Shown here in pieces: positions 1 through 12,060 of a stretch of 64,000 nt of DNA (positions are counted from its first letter, which is position 1; the number at the start of each line of letters is the position of its first letter). Both the position numbers and the translations under genes were made by a program. This DNA comes from Callorhinchus milii. Taxonomy: Eukaryota. The stretch lies in assembly GCF_018977255.1 (NCBI RefSeq), contig NW_024704742.1:83392001-83456000 (forward strand). Reading direction: 5' to 3'. The notes under the pieces are model-generated. The model ran no database searches and had not been told where the DNA came from. It worked only from the letters and a program-made list of their open reading frames with translations.

Positions 1-24
1 ATCACCAAGCATAAACTTCATGAA

Positions 25-137
25 GTTCGCAAGTTCTGATGAAGGGTCGTGGACCCGAAACGTTGACTCACTTTCCTTTCTCCATAGATGCTGCCTGACC
101 TGCTGAGTTTTCCCAGCTCTCTCTGCTGTTGTTTTAG
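25..137 (+). mobile_element. Short Penelope-like element terminal fragment with a 10-bp flanking direct repeat
   Basis: Closely similar to 2556-2661, the tail of a GIY-YIG-bearing fragment. ACTTCATGAA occurs at 15-24 and 138-147. Confidence 0.75.
32..68 (+). ncRNA. Minimal type I hammerhead ribozyme motif (Penelope-associated)
   Basis: AGUU-CUGAUGA-A-GGGUC(GUG)GACCC-GAAA-CGUU-GACU: both core boxes, 5-bp stem II, 4-bp stem I, palindromic AACGUU in place of stem III. Confidence 0.7.
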
Positions 138-337
138 ACTTCATGAAACTTGTCACTGATGTCACTGACCCAAAGCACTGTTTCTACTTATCACCTTATC
201 ATCAGTCATGCACCTCTACAGTAGAATTGTGACCTTCACCAGATATATCAAATCTAAAGTCATAACAATCCTAAAAATAATGACAAAGTGTACAATTATG
301 ATGAGTGCTCAAAAATCCTCAATTGGAACACCTTTTT

Positions 338-972
338 GTTTTCTTCCACCTCCGACGTCACCCGTCTCCGCCAATCACCCGTCTCCGCCAATACCTCTCC
401 CCAAAAGCCACTGAAACCCTCTTCCATGCCTTTGTCACCTCTCAGCTACTCTAATGCCCTCCTCGCCGGTCTCCCATCCACTACCATTCATAAAATCCAA
501 ATCATTCGAAACTCTGCCGCCCGCATCTCACCCGCATGAAACTCCACTCCCCGATTGCCCCAGTCCTTGCCAGACTGCACTGGCTGCCTATCCCAGAGAG
601 GATCGATTTCAAGATCCTCACCCTTGTATTCAAGTCCCTGCACTCCTCTGCACCCCCCTACCTCTCTGACCTCCTCTCTCCTCAAAACAGTGCCCGTTGC
701 CTTCGTTCCTCTGGGTATGGCCTCCTCCTTGTCCCCCGAGTCCTCCTCTCCACCCTCAGTGGCCGTGCCTTCAGCCACTATGCCTCGAGGCTCTGGAACT
801 GCCTTCCTCACTCCCTCCCTATTTTCAGGTCTCTGCTGAAGACCTTTCTTTTCGACCGCGCCTTTGGTCACCTTCCTCCCCCTCCCTCGGCCCCGGGATC
901 CGTTACTGTGAAGCGCTCTGAGACTCCGTCCAGCATGGAGGGCGCTATATAAATCCAAGTTGTTGTTGTTAT
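338..972 (+). mobile_element. L2 LINE 3' fragment
   Basis: Translates to IQIIRNSAAR...PVLARLHWLPIPERIDFKIL...GRAFSHYA..LWN; ends GCGCTATATAAAT plus (TTG)n. Confidence 0.88.
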
Positions 973-2025
973 TTCAATGTAGGTTGGGAAAGCTAAAGTG
1001 GTGCATTAATACTGAGCAGCAATTGATGGTCATCATCATATGACTCATGAGTTTAAGTCAAGCTGTATAACTATTCTGTTACTAAGCAACCTGTAATTTC
1101 TTGTAAAAAATGGTTTCTGAATGCACTAAGATGCCCACGCACAGTAGTATTTAGAGAGCTCACACCAAGCTGGATGGAAAAGAAAGAAATGAATGATAAG
1201 CATAATCATTCTAGTTTGATAGATTATACAGGGAACATAATGCAGTAAGAATCCATTGCCTGGATTTCAATCAGACATTTTCTTTATATACAAGGTACCA
1301 CTTTACTTGCTTCTCCCTTATAGTATATAAACACAAAGTTGTTGTTCAGACTTGCTAAAGCCATAAAACTGTGTATTATTAGAGACAGGCTCTTTAAAGT
1401 AAAATCTTCTCATGCTGTGTATAGGGCAGTAGCTAATGGACTTTAACACTGCTACTGCTAAAAAAAGGTAACATTGAGCATTGAATGGAACCAGTAATTA
1501 CATTGACTTTACTTGATTATACTCTTCCAACTGCATTAGCAGCAATTCATCGTTGAAAGAAAAAAGGTGCAGATCCCAAATGGTATATTGGTTTTAAAGA
1601 CCAGGTGCTGTAATGTAGCAAAGAAATTCAGTACAGTATAATTATTGCAGAAACTGCAGAACATAATGCTTTCATTTCAGTTGAAGTGCTGAGGGGAAAA
1701 GAAATAAAAGACAAAATCAAGGAAGAATACACATGTCAAACATTATAATAAAAAAGTGCTGCAAATTACTTGCTTTCACTTGAAATACATTTACAACACT
1801 ATCACTTGTTGAGAGTACATTTAAAAAAAACAAAGAAATGTAACCTTTTCCCAATAGTACTACAGCAAGTGTCCACTGAACAAACCATATCAAAAGTTAC
1901 ATGAACACAAAGAGGTGATTGGATCTTTCACACTGCAATGGAGGAATGCATTCTTACTGCAGTACATTTCCTATATAAACTATTAAACTTGCACATTAAA
2001 CTTCAACCCAACTGCAGAAAATTTG

Positions 2026-2693
2026 TTCGGTGACTGATTTGCCGAACACCTCCGTTCTGTCTGCAAGCACAACCCTGAGCTTCCGGTTTCTTGCCACTTC
2101 AACGCTCCCTCCCACTCGCTCTCTGACCTCTCCATCCATGGTCTTCTACTCTGCTCCAATGAGTAACAGCGCAAGCTCAAGGAACAGCACCTCATTTATC
2201 TGCTGGGGACCTTACAGCCCTCTGGCTTCAATATTGATTTCAACAATTTGAGACCATAACAGCTCACCTTCTCCCCCCTCCTCTTCTGGGACCATTACCA
2301 CATCATGTGGGTCCCAGACACACCATTTCTCTCTTTGGTCTGCCTATTTTGTTGTAATTTTTCCCCCTTTGCTCTGCATTATTAACACCTCTATTCCCCT
2401 GCTTTATTGCAACACCCCTCCACTTTGTTTTGCATCATTAACACCTCTGTAACCCATCATCCCCTGTCCTCTACCCCATTTTCTCCTTTGTCTTCCTTGC
2501 CCTGCCTCCCCCTTCTCTGTTAGCCCTTAAAAGCCTCTCCCTCCCAACATGCCTCAGTTCTAACGAAGGATTGTGGACCGGAAACGTTGACTCACTTTCC
2601 TTTCTCCAAAGATGCTGCCTGACCTGTTGAGTGTTCCCAGCGACTTCTGTTTTTGTTTCAGATTTCCGGCATCTGCAGCATTTTGCATTTTGC
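2026..2693 (+). mobile_element. Penelope-like element 3' fragment (C-terminal GIY-YIG endonuclease region, 3' UTR, degenerate hammerhead)
   Basis: Frame with stops: GD*FAEHLRSVCKHNPELPVSCHFNAPSHSLSDLSIHGLLLCSNE*QRKLKEQHLIYLLGTLQPSGFNIDF. Pyrimidine-rich UTR follows, then a mutated hammerhead at 2556-2592. Confidence 0.82.
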
Positions 2694-5589
2694 AGAACAT
2701 TTACTGTTCTTACAACCATCAGCACTTGAGAGTTGGTTGCGACTTGACAAGATGCATAAAAAAACCTGACTCAATACCCCCAACAGATGGACCATACAGC
2801 ATGTTACACCAGCTGAAAGAATCAATATCAGGTCTACATTCTGAATGAAAACACAGTGAATAATTCTTGTAATTGTTACTTTAATCTATAATTAAGCCCA
2901 AATCACCAAACACTTCCATTTCAATCATCCAGTTTTACTTGCAGAGAAATTGAAACTATTATTCTGCATTAAATCAACATGGTATCGATTAGATTTTTAA
3001 AAAATGTTAGTTTAGGTTTATAAGGATTACACTACTCATTTGGAGGAGGCTGTGAGCACTTCCATCTAGTTAATGTGACAAGAAAATAATCAGGTGTGTG
3101 AAAATTCGATGATAAATTACAGAGAACAGGCAATACAAAGTGACATTAAAAGATGAAAAAGTTAATGGAAATCGGAAGTACATGGGACTTAAAAGTGACA
3201 TCCTCTTTACACCCTTGGTCAATAGCGTGAAGACTAGAAGTCCATTTTAAGTGTGAATCTTTATCTTCTTTGTTTAAAAAATATCAAACATTCTTGAAAT
3301 TCATGCACATATCTACGGAATTCAGATTCGAGACCATAGCAACAAAAGATAGGTACAATTCTCATTTATTCACTATTTTTCTATATCATATTTTATTGCA
3401 GAAGCATAACCAAATTATATATAAAGTAAGAGTACCTTTAGATGATATTGCCAACAGGATTTTACAGGGGAAGGGAAGTTTGAGTGTGATCCACTTCCGA
3501 TTTGTATTCTCACAGAACATTACTTCCGCTTGTGATAGCGGATGCAATTGATGATGTCACCACGAATGAACATTTTGTTCCTTCTGGAGTCACATTGCTG
3601 TGAACGGACCCTTTCTCCACGTGAAGTTCCTATAATGGAGCAACCAACCCACAAACTGAATCCATGTGTACCTAAAGCTAACCATTAGATTTTGAGCAGA
3701 GGAATGGAAGGATGAGAACAATAAAGTCCTGCTTACCATTCATACAGAAAAAATGAAGCTCCGAGTATAACCTCATCATTCTTTCAAGTAAGAAAACACT
3801 AATGGCATACACAACATTGAAAGCCTTGTCACGTCTAAAATTTAAAATAGACTTCTCTTGATGTTTAGTTTTGTCTCCAGTTCCCAAAGTTAAATACGGA
3901 TCAACTCTATCCTTCAATGAAGTCCAGTGGGGGAAACAATTATGAACTGTACTGGTCCATAGTAGAGAATGTCATAGATGCTGCATCTAATTCAAGGCAT
4001 TACTACATTTTTAATCCTTAAAAAAAACTTATTTTGTCAACGTCTTATACCAATGTCACAAACTAATCTGAAAATGTCATGAAGCAAAGTAAATGACATG
4101 CCATGACAGCTGAGGGAAGTTGCCAGGCTCAGTGGAAAAAGTAGGTTTTAATCCTGTAAATTCCCGATGCAAAGATCTGAAATGACTTAATTCAAAGAAC
4201 TGCAAAGTAGAAAATCATTTTTTTTAAAAATGTCACTGATCAAAAAATGATTTGTGCCCTTGGTAAAACCTCTAAATCGTGCTTTTCGCCTGCAAAAAAA
4301 AAGTTAATCTGCATGTTGAAAATAAAGCAGCCTTTTGTTTTCTGGCCTTTGGGATGATAATTTATTTTTTGGAATATCACCAAAGGCAATAAGATCAAGA
4401 AAAACAATAAATCTGCTGTAACCTTCTTTCAGGCAGTGGAAGAAAAATATTTATCTCTGTATTTGGTTACCTGTCAATAAATATATGGATTTCTATTGCA
4501 CAGGCATTTAATAATCAGGCTAGTGTTTCTTTTGGAAATGGTTCACTGTTAAGTCTACCTTCTGATCTAAACTCCACTCAGCTGAATGCTGCATGTCAAA
4601 GCATGGCAACAAGCCAACACCACATGAGAAGTCACAAGCACAACTTAATGTCTCCCCCAAATTCTTTTGGTATTAGTTCTTGTTTTCTTTTCTTATAACC
4701 AAAATTAATAATCTGAATCTCCCTCAACCATTTTCTTGCCAAAAACAGCATTTTCCCAGCTGTGGTTGGGGCTTCGAGTTTCATTTTTCCCTCCCAGTGC
4801 GTTCATTAGATCAATTAACAGCAATGCGATCAAGCAGCAACATTGCTTCAAAGGGCATTACAGTAATTGTCAGTTCTGATGAGAGCCTCTGGGTTGGTAA
4901 TGACCATAATGACCAAACAAAATGATGATATCACTATTATCAACCTATGTGGCCTTTCTTAAATTTACAAAGCTCAGATTATAGTTTTCTTTGCTCTCAT
5001 GGTGCAAATTCAAATCTCTTTACTAGAAATTAGATCTTTGATGCATTTCAAAACTATTGGTACTGTGAAAATTGGACCCAATTTACATATACTTTACAGC
5101 TCATCATCCACAATTTGGGGCAATGCCCTTTGTTGTTTTCTTCAAACTACAGATTCAAGAACATAAAGATACAACTCCAGCAATCCTTAATGTGTCACAA
5201 GCAATTGAAATCCATGGAACAAACTGAAAGGCTCGCCATTAACATTATGCAGTGGAGTGCTGCTATTGTGGTTGCAGAATAACTATATGTCCACTGCTCC
5301 ACACTGGGATGAGATCCAAGAAGTGTACTGGTATCAAGATGTCAGCAAATCTTTAGTTGCAGAATTCGTACAATATAACCATGCAAATGAGCTATTCAAA
5401 AGCAATTCTGGCTGGCATTACCCGGTAGAGAGATCTGATACAAGTATATACAAGGGTAAAGAGAGAGACACACAAACTCACTGAGAAAGAGAGATGGAAG
5501 GAGAAGGAGAGACTGGCAGAGTCAGACAGAGAGAAACAGTGAGTTGCAAAGCATCAAATAAAACAAGGTATGTGTGAGCTAGGGTTGCT

Positions 5590-5970
5590 TGTTAGCTTGG
5601 CTCAGTTATAAACACTCTCGCTCCTGTGTCAGAAGGCTGTGTGAGTTGAAGTCCTACGTTGGCAAGGCTGAGAGAATGCTGCATTGCTGTAAGTGCCGTT
5701 CTTCAGGTAAGATGTTAAACTGAGGTCCTATCTGTTCAGGTTGACACTAAAGATCTCTTGGCATTGTTCGAAAAGAGAAGGGAGTTCTCACTTACAAACC
5801 ACAGATAAACTCGTCATTCACTTTTCAATGCTGTTTGCAAGATTTTGCTGTGCACAAATTGGCTGCAGTGTTGGCCTACAAATACACAGTCACTACACTT
5901 CACAGTAAAGTCATGCCAAACGCTTTGAGACTTGATAAGGCACCGCATCAAATGCAAGGATTTTAATATT
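5590..5970 (+). mobile_element. Old full-length DeuSINE (SacSINE1-like)
   Basis: tRNA-like head (agcttggctcagtt...cactctcgc), Deu-like core (gtgccgtt...gatgttaaactgaggtcc...aaagatc), L2-like tail. Confidence 0.72.
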
Positions 5971-7415
5971 ACTAACAGGCATCAAGTATGGGTTGATGAT
6001 TAGTGCCCAGATGATTGAGAAGATGGAGGGGAGGAGGATGTCTGCAGTGCTGTGCCTTTCTGGCTACTCTTCCACTAGCATCCATCAATCTGTGTGCGTA
6101 AAATATTTAGATGGTGACACTGTTATCCTGCCCTATTTAATTGTGGGAATAGATTCAGGATCTCCCTGTAGTCTTCCTCCAATAGTGAATGATCCATGTC
6201 ATTGATTTGATCAATGCCCCCTGCTTGGCATTAGGCTCCGGCACTAGTTAGCTCTCCAAGACTCTACCCTGCGTGATGGGCACTATATAAATGCAACTTG
6301 TTGTTGTCATCATGCTCCCAGGCATGGTTGAGGCTTTCAGTAATCTCCATGCACAGTTGTGAGTATCAAATAGAGTGTTAGTCTATCAAAATGTTCTGGA
6401 CTCCGTAAGGTCAGTTCTAATGGCGTTGGTATTCTCTGCATTCGTGCAAGTATGATGGGGCCCTGGAGGCAACCATCAATAACAAATTCATGAAATGTCT
6501 GTCCTCATGATTATCTCTTAACTATATCCTGCTATCCACCTAAGGGCCAAAGTGGCTGTATCTGCAATTAAATGTGATGCAACTGAAGTTTAACATGAAT
6601 AGTAGGAAAGTCGATGCATACCACAAAATGGGTACAATCAGAAGTGATGGCAGCATATGCTATAGCAAAGCAATGGCACCAATAACATTGGTATTCAATC
6701 TTCAAAAGGACATTTCCTTTGGTGCTGAAGAGATAGGTCAGAATCCAAGTCAAAACTACATCACACATATTTCTGATATTTAACATATTCATTGTGAAGA
6801 TATAGTCTTCATAGCATTGCTAAATATAGTCAAAACTTGCAATAAATTGACAAGTTATTTTATAATATGTCTTCCCTTCTAACCCAAACAGTAGCACAAA
6901 TATTTAGCTTCAGATTGCAAGAGAAAACAAAGCAGTAAATTGGATAGATGAATCTGAAAGATCTTTTTGTACCCTCTAAGCTGGCAATGGGCAAAAAACA
7001 TGATCCTTGGGTAACCAGTTCCATAACATGTGGTAATATTAAACAGATGGTGTTACCTTGCAAGAAAATCTGCCATTCATCTATTATTTTAAAATAATCA
7101 AGTATAAACTCAAAATACAATTTGTATAATCAGGTTTTAATACATTCCTTGCTGATCATAAGGAAGTAAAGGATACCCAGTAGGGATTACAAAACTGAAA
7201 TCTCATCAAAGCGTTCAGACGTCATCATAATACACAATTGTGAAACCCAGGTCTTTTCATCGGGATAGTTCAGGATAAATTGTTTTACATTCTGCAGAGT
7301 TCCTGAAAGTGTTTTTAATCAATTTGGTTTCCTGTTTTTTTTTGCTGACAGAGGTTGACTGTTTGAGATCAGGGACCATTTTGCTCAGTGTTATTGATTT
7401 GTGACCATCTCCTGA

Positions 7416-7788
7416 AGCTTAGTGGTTAGAGCACTCGCCTCGCAAGCGAGAGGACCTGGGTTCGATTCCTGGGAAGGCGAAACATTGGGCAAGTTGCCTT
7501 ACTACACACGCCTCTGTTCACCTAGCAGTAAGTAGGAAGTAAGTAAGAACCCGGTTGTTAGTCAATTGGTGGATCGCTTTTTTGTGGGTAATAATCCCTT
7601 CATAAAATAATAATAAAATGGTCACTCAATCCACAACTGTTTGTGGGACACTGCTGTAAGCAATTGACTGCCAAGTTTCGGCCAAAAATATACAGTCAAT
7701 TCACTTTACAGTATATTCTGTGAAGCCCTTTGAGACAAAAGACATGATAAGGCGCTATCTTAAATTCAAGGATTATTATTATATTATT
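7416..7788 (+). mobile_element. tRNA(Ala)-headed SINE, long-middle subfamily
   Basis: A and B boxes, anticodon arm CTCGC-CTCGCAA-GCGAG, middle cctctgttcacctagcagtaagtagg, Deu 3' part, (TTA)n tail. Confidence 0.85.
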
Positions 7789-10700
7789 ACAATGAGTGCA
7801 CATTTATGAGTGATGATCAACATTTGATAGCCAAGATACAATAAATCCATAATGTGCTTCAAGCCAAATGTATAGGGCACAAGTGGAAAAGTGACACAGT
7901 TCAGTTGAATATGAACAAAAATCAGCTTTTGATTTAAATATTTTAAAAAGGTAGTGATGCTCATACTATTTTTCTACATGTTTATTAATTAAATGAAGTC
8001 ATCATCATCCTTCCCAGTCACAACTGAAACAATTCTGCCTCACTCCTAATGCCAGAGGCACCACTGTGCCACTGATTTGCAGCATGATCAGAGTGCATGT
8101 AAAGGCTGATCGATGGTAGCAGCAGTGAAGTTGGTGGGGTGATTTGCATTTGTTCCTCTGATGTGCAGGCAGACAGATGATAGCACAAGGTACGACAAAA
8201 GGAAAACTATTCCTGGAAATTCTATCACTAGGTGAAGACAGGATCCATTATATTCATTGGCCGGCATTTGATTTGGATTCTGAAAAATAACTGTGAAAGA
8301 CTAATTAACGAGTATAACCCTGTGATAAGACGTCCCTTATAAGGCACATCGCTTGGGCTGACATTTCTTGAAAAATGGCAACTGCCGTCACTTCCTTCTA
8401 GTTGTGTATGTGCACCCACTTCCTGCATTAAAAATTGGCCAACTTCGGATTGTCAGGTCGTCAACATCACTTCCTACAAATTCCGTATGCACAGTGTGCA
8501 GGGAATGATATCAGATGGTAAGCCACTTTATAACATGGGAAGAATGAACTGATGAGCTGTGGTTATTTTACAAAAATGTGGTTAACCACTTTTCCTGCTC
8601 ATTGCGCTCCTCACAGGACACAGGAAGGCATATAGTGGCACCCATTTTTGCTCCAGTTTGGGGTTAGGGACCCGAAACTGGCCATTTTATGGTTCTTCGG
8701 TGTAAGTCAAATCTGTCTGACATCAAATCCTGGAGGAGACACAACTTTCTGCAGGTGGCATTACTTACCTTCAGCTTATTAATTCTCAAAAAATATAACG
8801 ACTCAAAACCTCAACACACTACTTAAACATTTGGAGGTACAATTTGCAAATTGCTTAATCCCAAAAGTCTTTGAAGGTTCAAATAAAAATCTGGTTTAAC
8901 TTTACTCACTAATATTCCAGTTGTCCTCTGAAGGGCATTCTCCAGGATTGCTTGGTTGAGATCGGAAACTTGGCATATGGTGAATTGCAGATATGAACCC
9001 ATGTCCCTGGGAGCATTAGTCTAACAAGACTATGCTGCAGAACACCACATACCTCCTTATAAGCTTCCTATTATTTAGGTGAATACTTTTGTAAGAGGGA
9101 AATGTTAGACTTCTGCTTTTAAACAAAGAGAAGCGTCAGAGGAAGTCGTTTCTGAAGTTTAATGAAATATCTAAAATAGGTTACATTATATCTCCTGGAA
9201 CGCAAACAGGTTCCTCTGCTTTATAGTTAAGATTTTTAGCTCGCTAAAATGTTCATACTAATATTTTTTTTAGAATCACCATCACAATGATATGAATATA
9301 ATACTTTTTTCTAATGGTTTCCCACACTAGGCTGATTCAAACCTGACATTTATTTATTATAATTGTTAGTATATTGCTCTGAATAAAAAATGTTGCACAA
9401 TGTTGCATTCCACAAATTCCACTTATATAGTTATACAGTGCTGATACTTAGGAGACCAGGCAAAGAGTTTCAGAGATGAAAGTGGTGGGAGTGAGAGTCC
9501 AAGGTGAATGAGAAAGGGTGGGGGGAAGGAGGAATGTCATCAAACATGCAGTCTTTTAAAATCTTTTTAAAATGGGTTTTGAAAGCGAAGAGATAAAGTC
9601 TATAGGATTTCTTTTGCGATTTCCAGAGAGAGGGAAAATCATTGAATTCCCATTCAGCAATAGTGAGATGGAGGGGGGCAACAACAACAACAAGATTACA
9701 TTTGTATAGCGCAGAGGACATGAAGCAAGCCAGCTTTGGCAGAGCAGAGGGAATAGGATTATAGTAGATTGTAGAGGTCCGGTTGGTGTGTTCCTTTGGC
9801 GAGAGCTGATACCCTATGGAAACCATAAATTTGCTGAACTCTTAGTATTTTTATTATTATTATTATTATTATTATTTGGTGTCTCAAGCAGCGTGATGGG
9901 ATTCCACACATCAAATACAAGGCTGACCAAAATGAATATCAAAATAGAACATTAAGTTAATAATCTGGTGACTTTTTTAAAAAATCAGAACACTATTGGC
10001 ATTGCAATTACGTCAGGATAGTATCCTCCCTAGTGTGTGTGTCTGGCATGTATCCACAAATGCAGCTCAAGCCGACTGCAAATCCTAACTTTCCATTCTT
10101 TATCGGGGTCAGGGATTGACAGGGCTGCTTCTACAGTACGACCCTGTCAATCTTCAGGCTTTTAATTTGGCACGCTGGTATTGAGCCAAGAGCCAATAAA
10201 ACTGACTTCTAAAAAAAACATTTCTCCCACCTTTCAAACGAACAGCACAAGCTAGAAGAAAGAACAAAGGGAAGTATGGAAAACAGAAAGAACTTGCATT
10301 TTTTAATGCTACTAAAATGTCATAACATGCTTTGCAGGTAATTACTTTGACTTTCAAGTATAGTCATTCAGAAAAAGCATATGTGAAATGTGAACTAACT
10401 GAATTTTTTTTTCTCTAAAAATGCTGTCTGCTTTAGACTGACTTGTAATAGCAACAGAAAACACCTCATTCTGCAAGCAGTATAAGACCTACCTGAAACC
10501 AGTAAAATAAAGAGATGCAAGACTGAGCTGATTATTCAAGATATTCTTCACTTAAAAAAGTATAACATAGTATTCCCAATACAACTATACAGAACTGAAA
10601 ACCAAATTTATCAAAACTAAAGGAAGTGTGTTGCACTCAGCATGAAACACATTTGTGTTGTTCATAAATTTCACATGAAGCAGAGATGTGGCAAGTACAG

Positions 10701-11162
10701 GTTATTAATAATGCATAACTATATCAACACTCAGCGTGTGGAATTAACTCAAATAATTCAGAAAATTACACACATGAAAACAAGAGCACAGAAGTCAACT
10801 GTTCTTTGGAATTATGTCAACCACTGTTTTTTCACATCAATGGACTGCTGTTTTGAGGGTCAGTGTCATTGCACAGCAAACATTCTCATCAGAATTTACA
10901 GTCTACCTTCCATGACTGGTCTACATCTCATTTTATGCTGCATTTTTCCCTGCACAATTGATGAATAACGTAAGAAGAATATAATTGGAAATATTCAAGA
11001 TTTGCAGGTACCTGCACCATAAAGTGAAATCATGTATATTATTTAATAAACTACACATACAGTAACTCAACACAATATCCAATACAGTAACACAACAGCC
11101 ACCTCACAAGATTCCTGCTCCTAGGCTTCGGAAGTATAATGCAAACAAGGGTTTCCGCAAGG

Positions 11163-11493
11163 GTGGAGTCCTGTAGCTCAGTGGTTAGAGCACTCGCTTT
11201 GCAAGCGAGAGACCTGAGTTCAATTCCAGGCAGGGAGAAACCTTGGGCAAGTTTCCTTACTCCACACGCCTAATAATAATCCCTCCAAAACCAAAAACAA
11301 TAATAAATTGGTCATTTTCAATCTAAGACTGTTTGTGGGACATTGCTGTGCGCAATTGGCTGCCGCGTTCGCCCACAAATATACAGTCAATTCACTTTAC
11401 AGTGTGTTCTGTGAAGCGCTTTGGGACGTCCTCCCGACGTGAAAAGTGCTATATCAAATGCAAGGATTATTATTTTTATTATTATTATTATTA
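11163..11493 (+). mobile_element. Young tRNA(Ala)-headed SINE, full length
   Basis: GTGGAGTCCTGTAGCTCAGTGGTTAGAGC...GAGTTCAATTCC head, L2-type tail, (TTA)n. Near-identical to copies at 17390, 44548 and 59874. Confidence 0.92.
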
Positions 11494-11740
11494 TAAGTCA
11501 GTCATGACCTTCTGCCACCTATTAAGATAACAGATTTGCAATTTTAAGTCATTATTAGGAAGTCCCATTCACAACCACTGATTTCTTACCCCTTTGTTGT
11601 ATGAGAACAGTAACATATTATAGATTACTACTTTTTTTAATCAATAGGTGTTACTGTTTTTTTTATAAAAAGCAAATGTCTCAAGAATTATTGCAAAATA
11701 AGTGCAAATTCCTAGGAAGAATGTAATTAATAACTATCTC

Positions 11741-12060
11741 GTGTCAAGCTGGCTCAGTTGGTAGCACTATTGCCAATGAATAAGATGATTGTGGATTCAA
11801 GCCCCACATCAGGAACTCACATGATCTAAGATGCCACTCCATTGCAGTGCTAGTGGTGAGCTCCATTGATGGAGGTGGCGTCGTTTGGATGAGACATTAA
11901 ACAGAGCCCCCTTCTGCCTAGTCAGGTGGACTATTTGAAAAGATCCCATTGCACTATTTGAAAAAGAAGCTCAGTGTCCTGGACAACAATCCCCCAAATA
12001 AAATTGGTCATTCACTTCATGGCTGTTTGTGGCATGTTGCTGTGCGCAATTATTATTATT
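11741..12060 (+). mobile_element. Old DeuSINE (SacSINE1-like), 3'-truncated
   Basis: ctggctcagttggtagcact...ggattcaagcccc head; ggatgagacattaaac...agatcccattgcactattt core. Confidence 0.72.

Noticed and set aside
2556..2592. Second active hammerhead
   Set aside because: Core is CUAACGA (G5 lost) and stem II is disrupted.
11163..11235. tRNA-Ala gene
   Set aside because: A/B boxes and anticodon arm are present, but it continues into a SINE body and tail and recurs many times; it is a SINE head.
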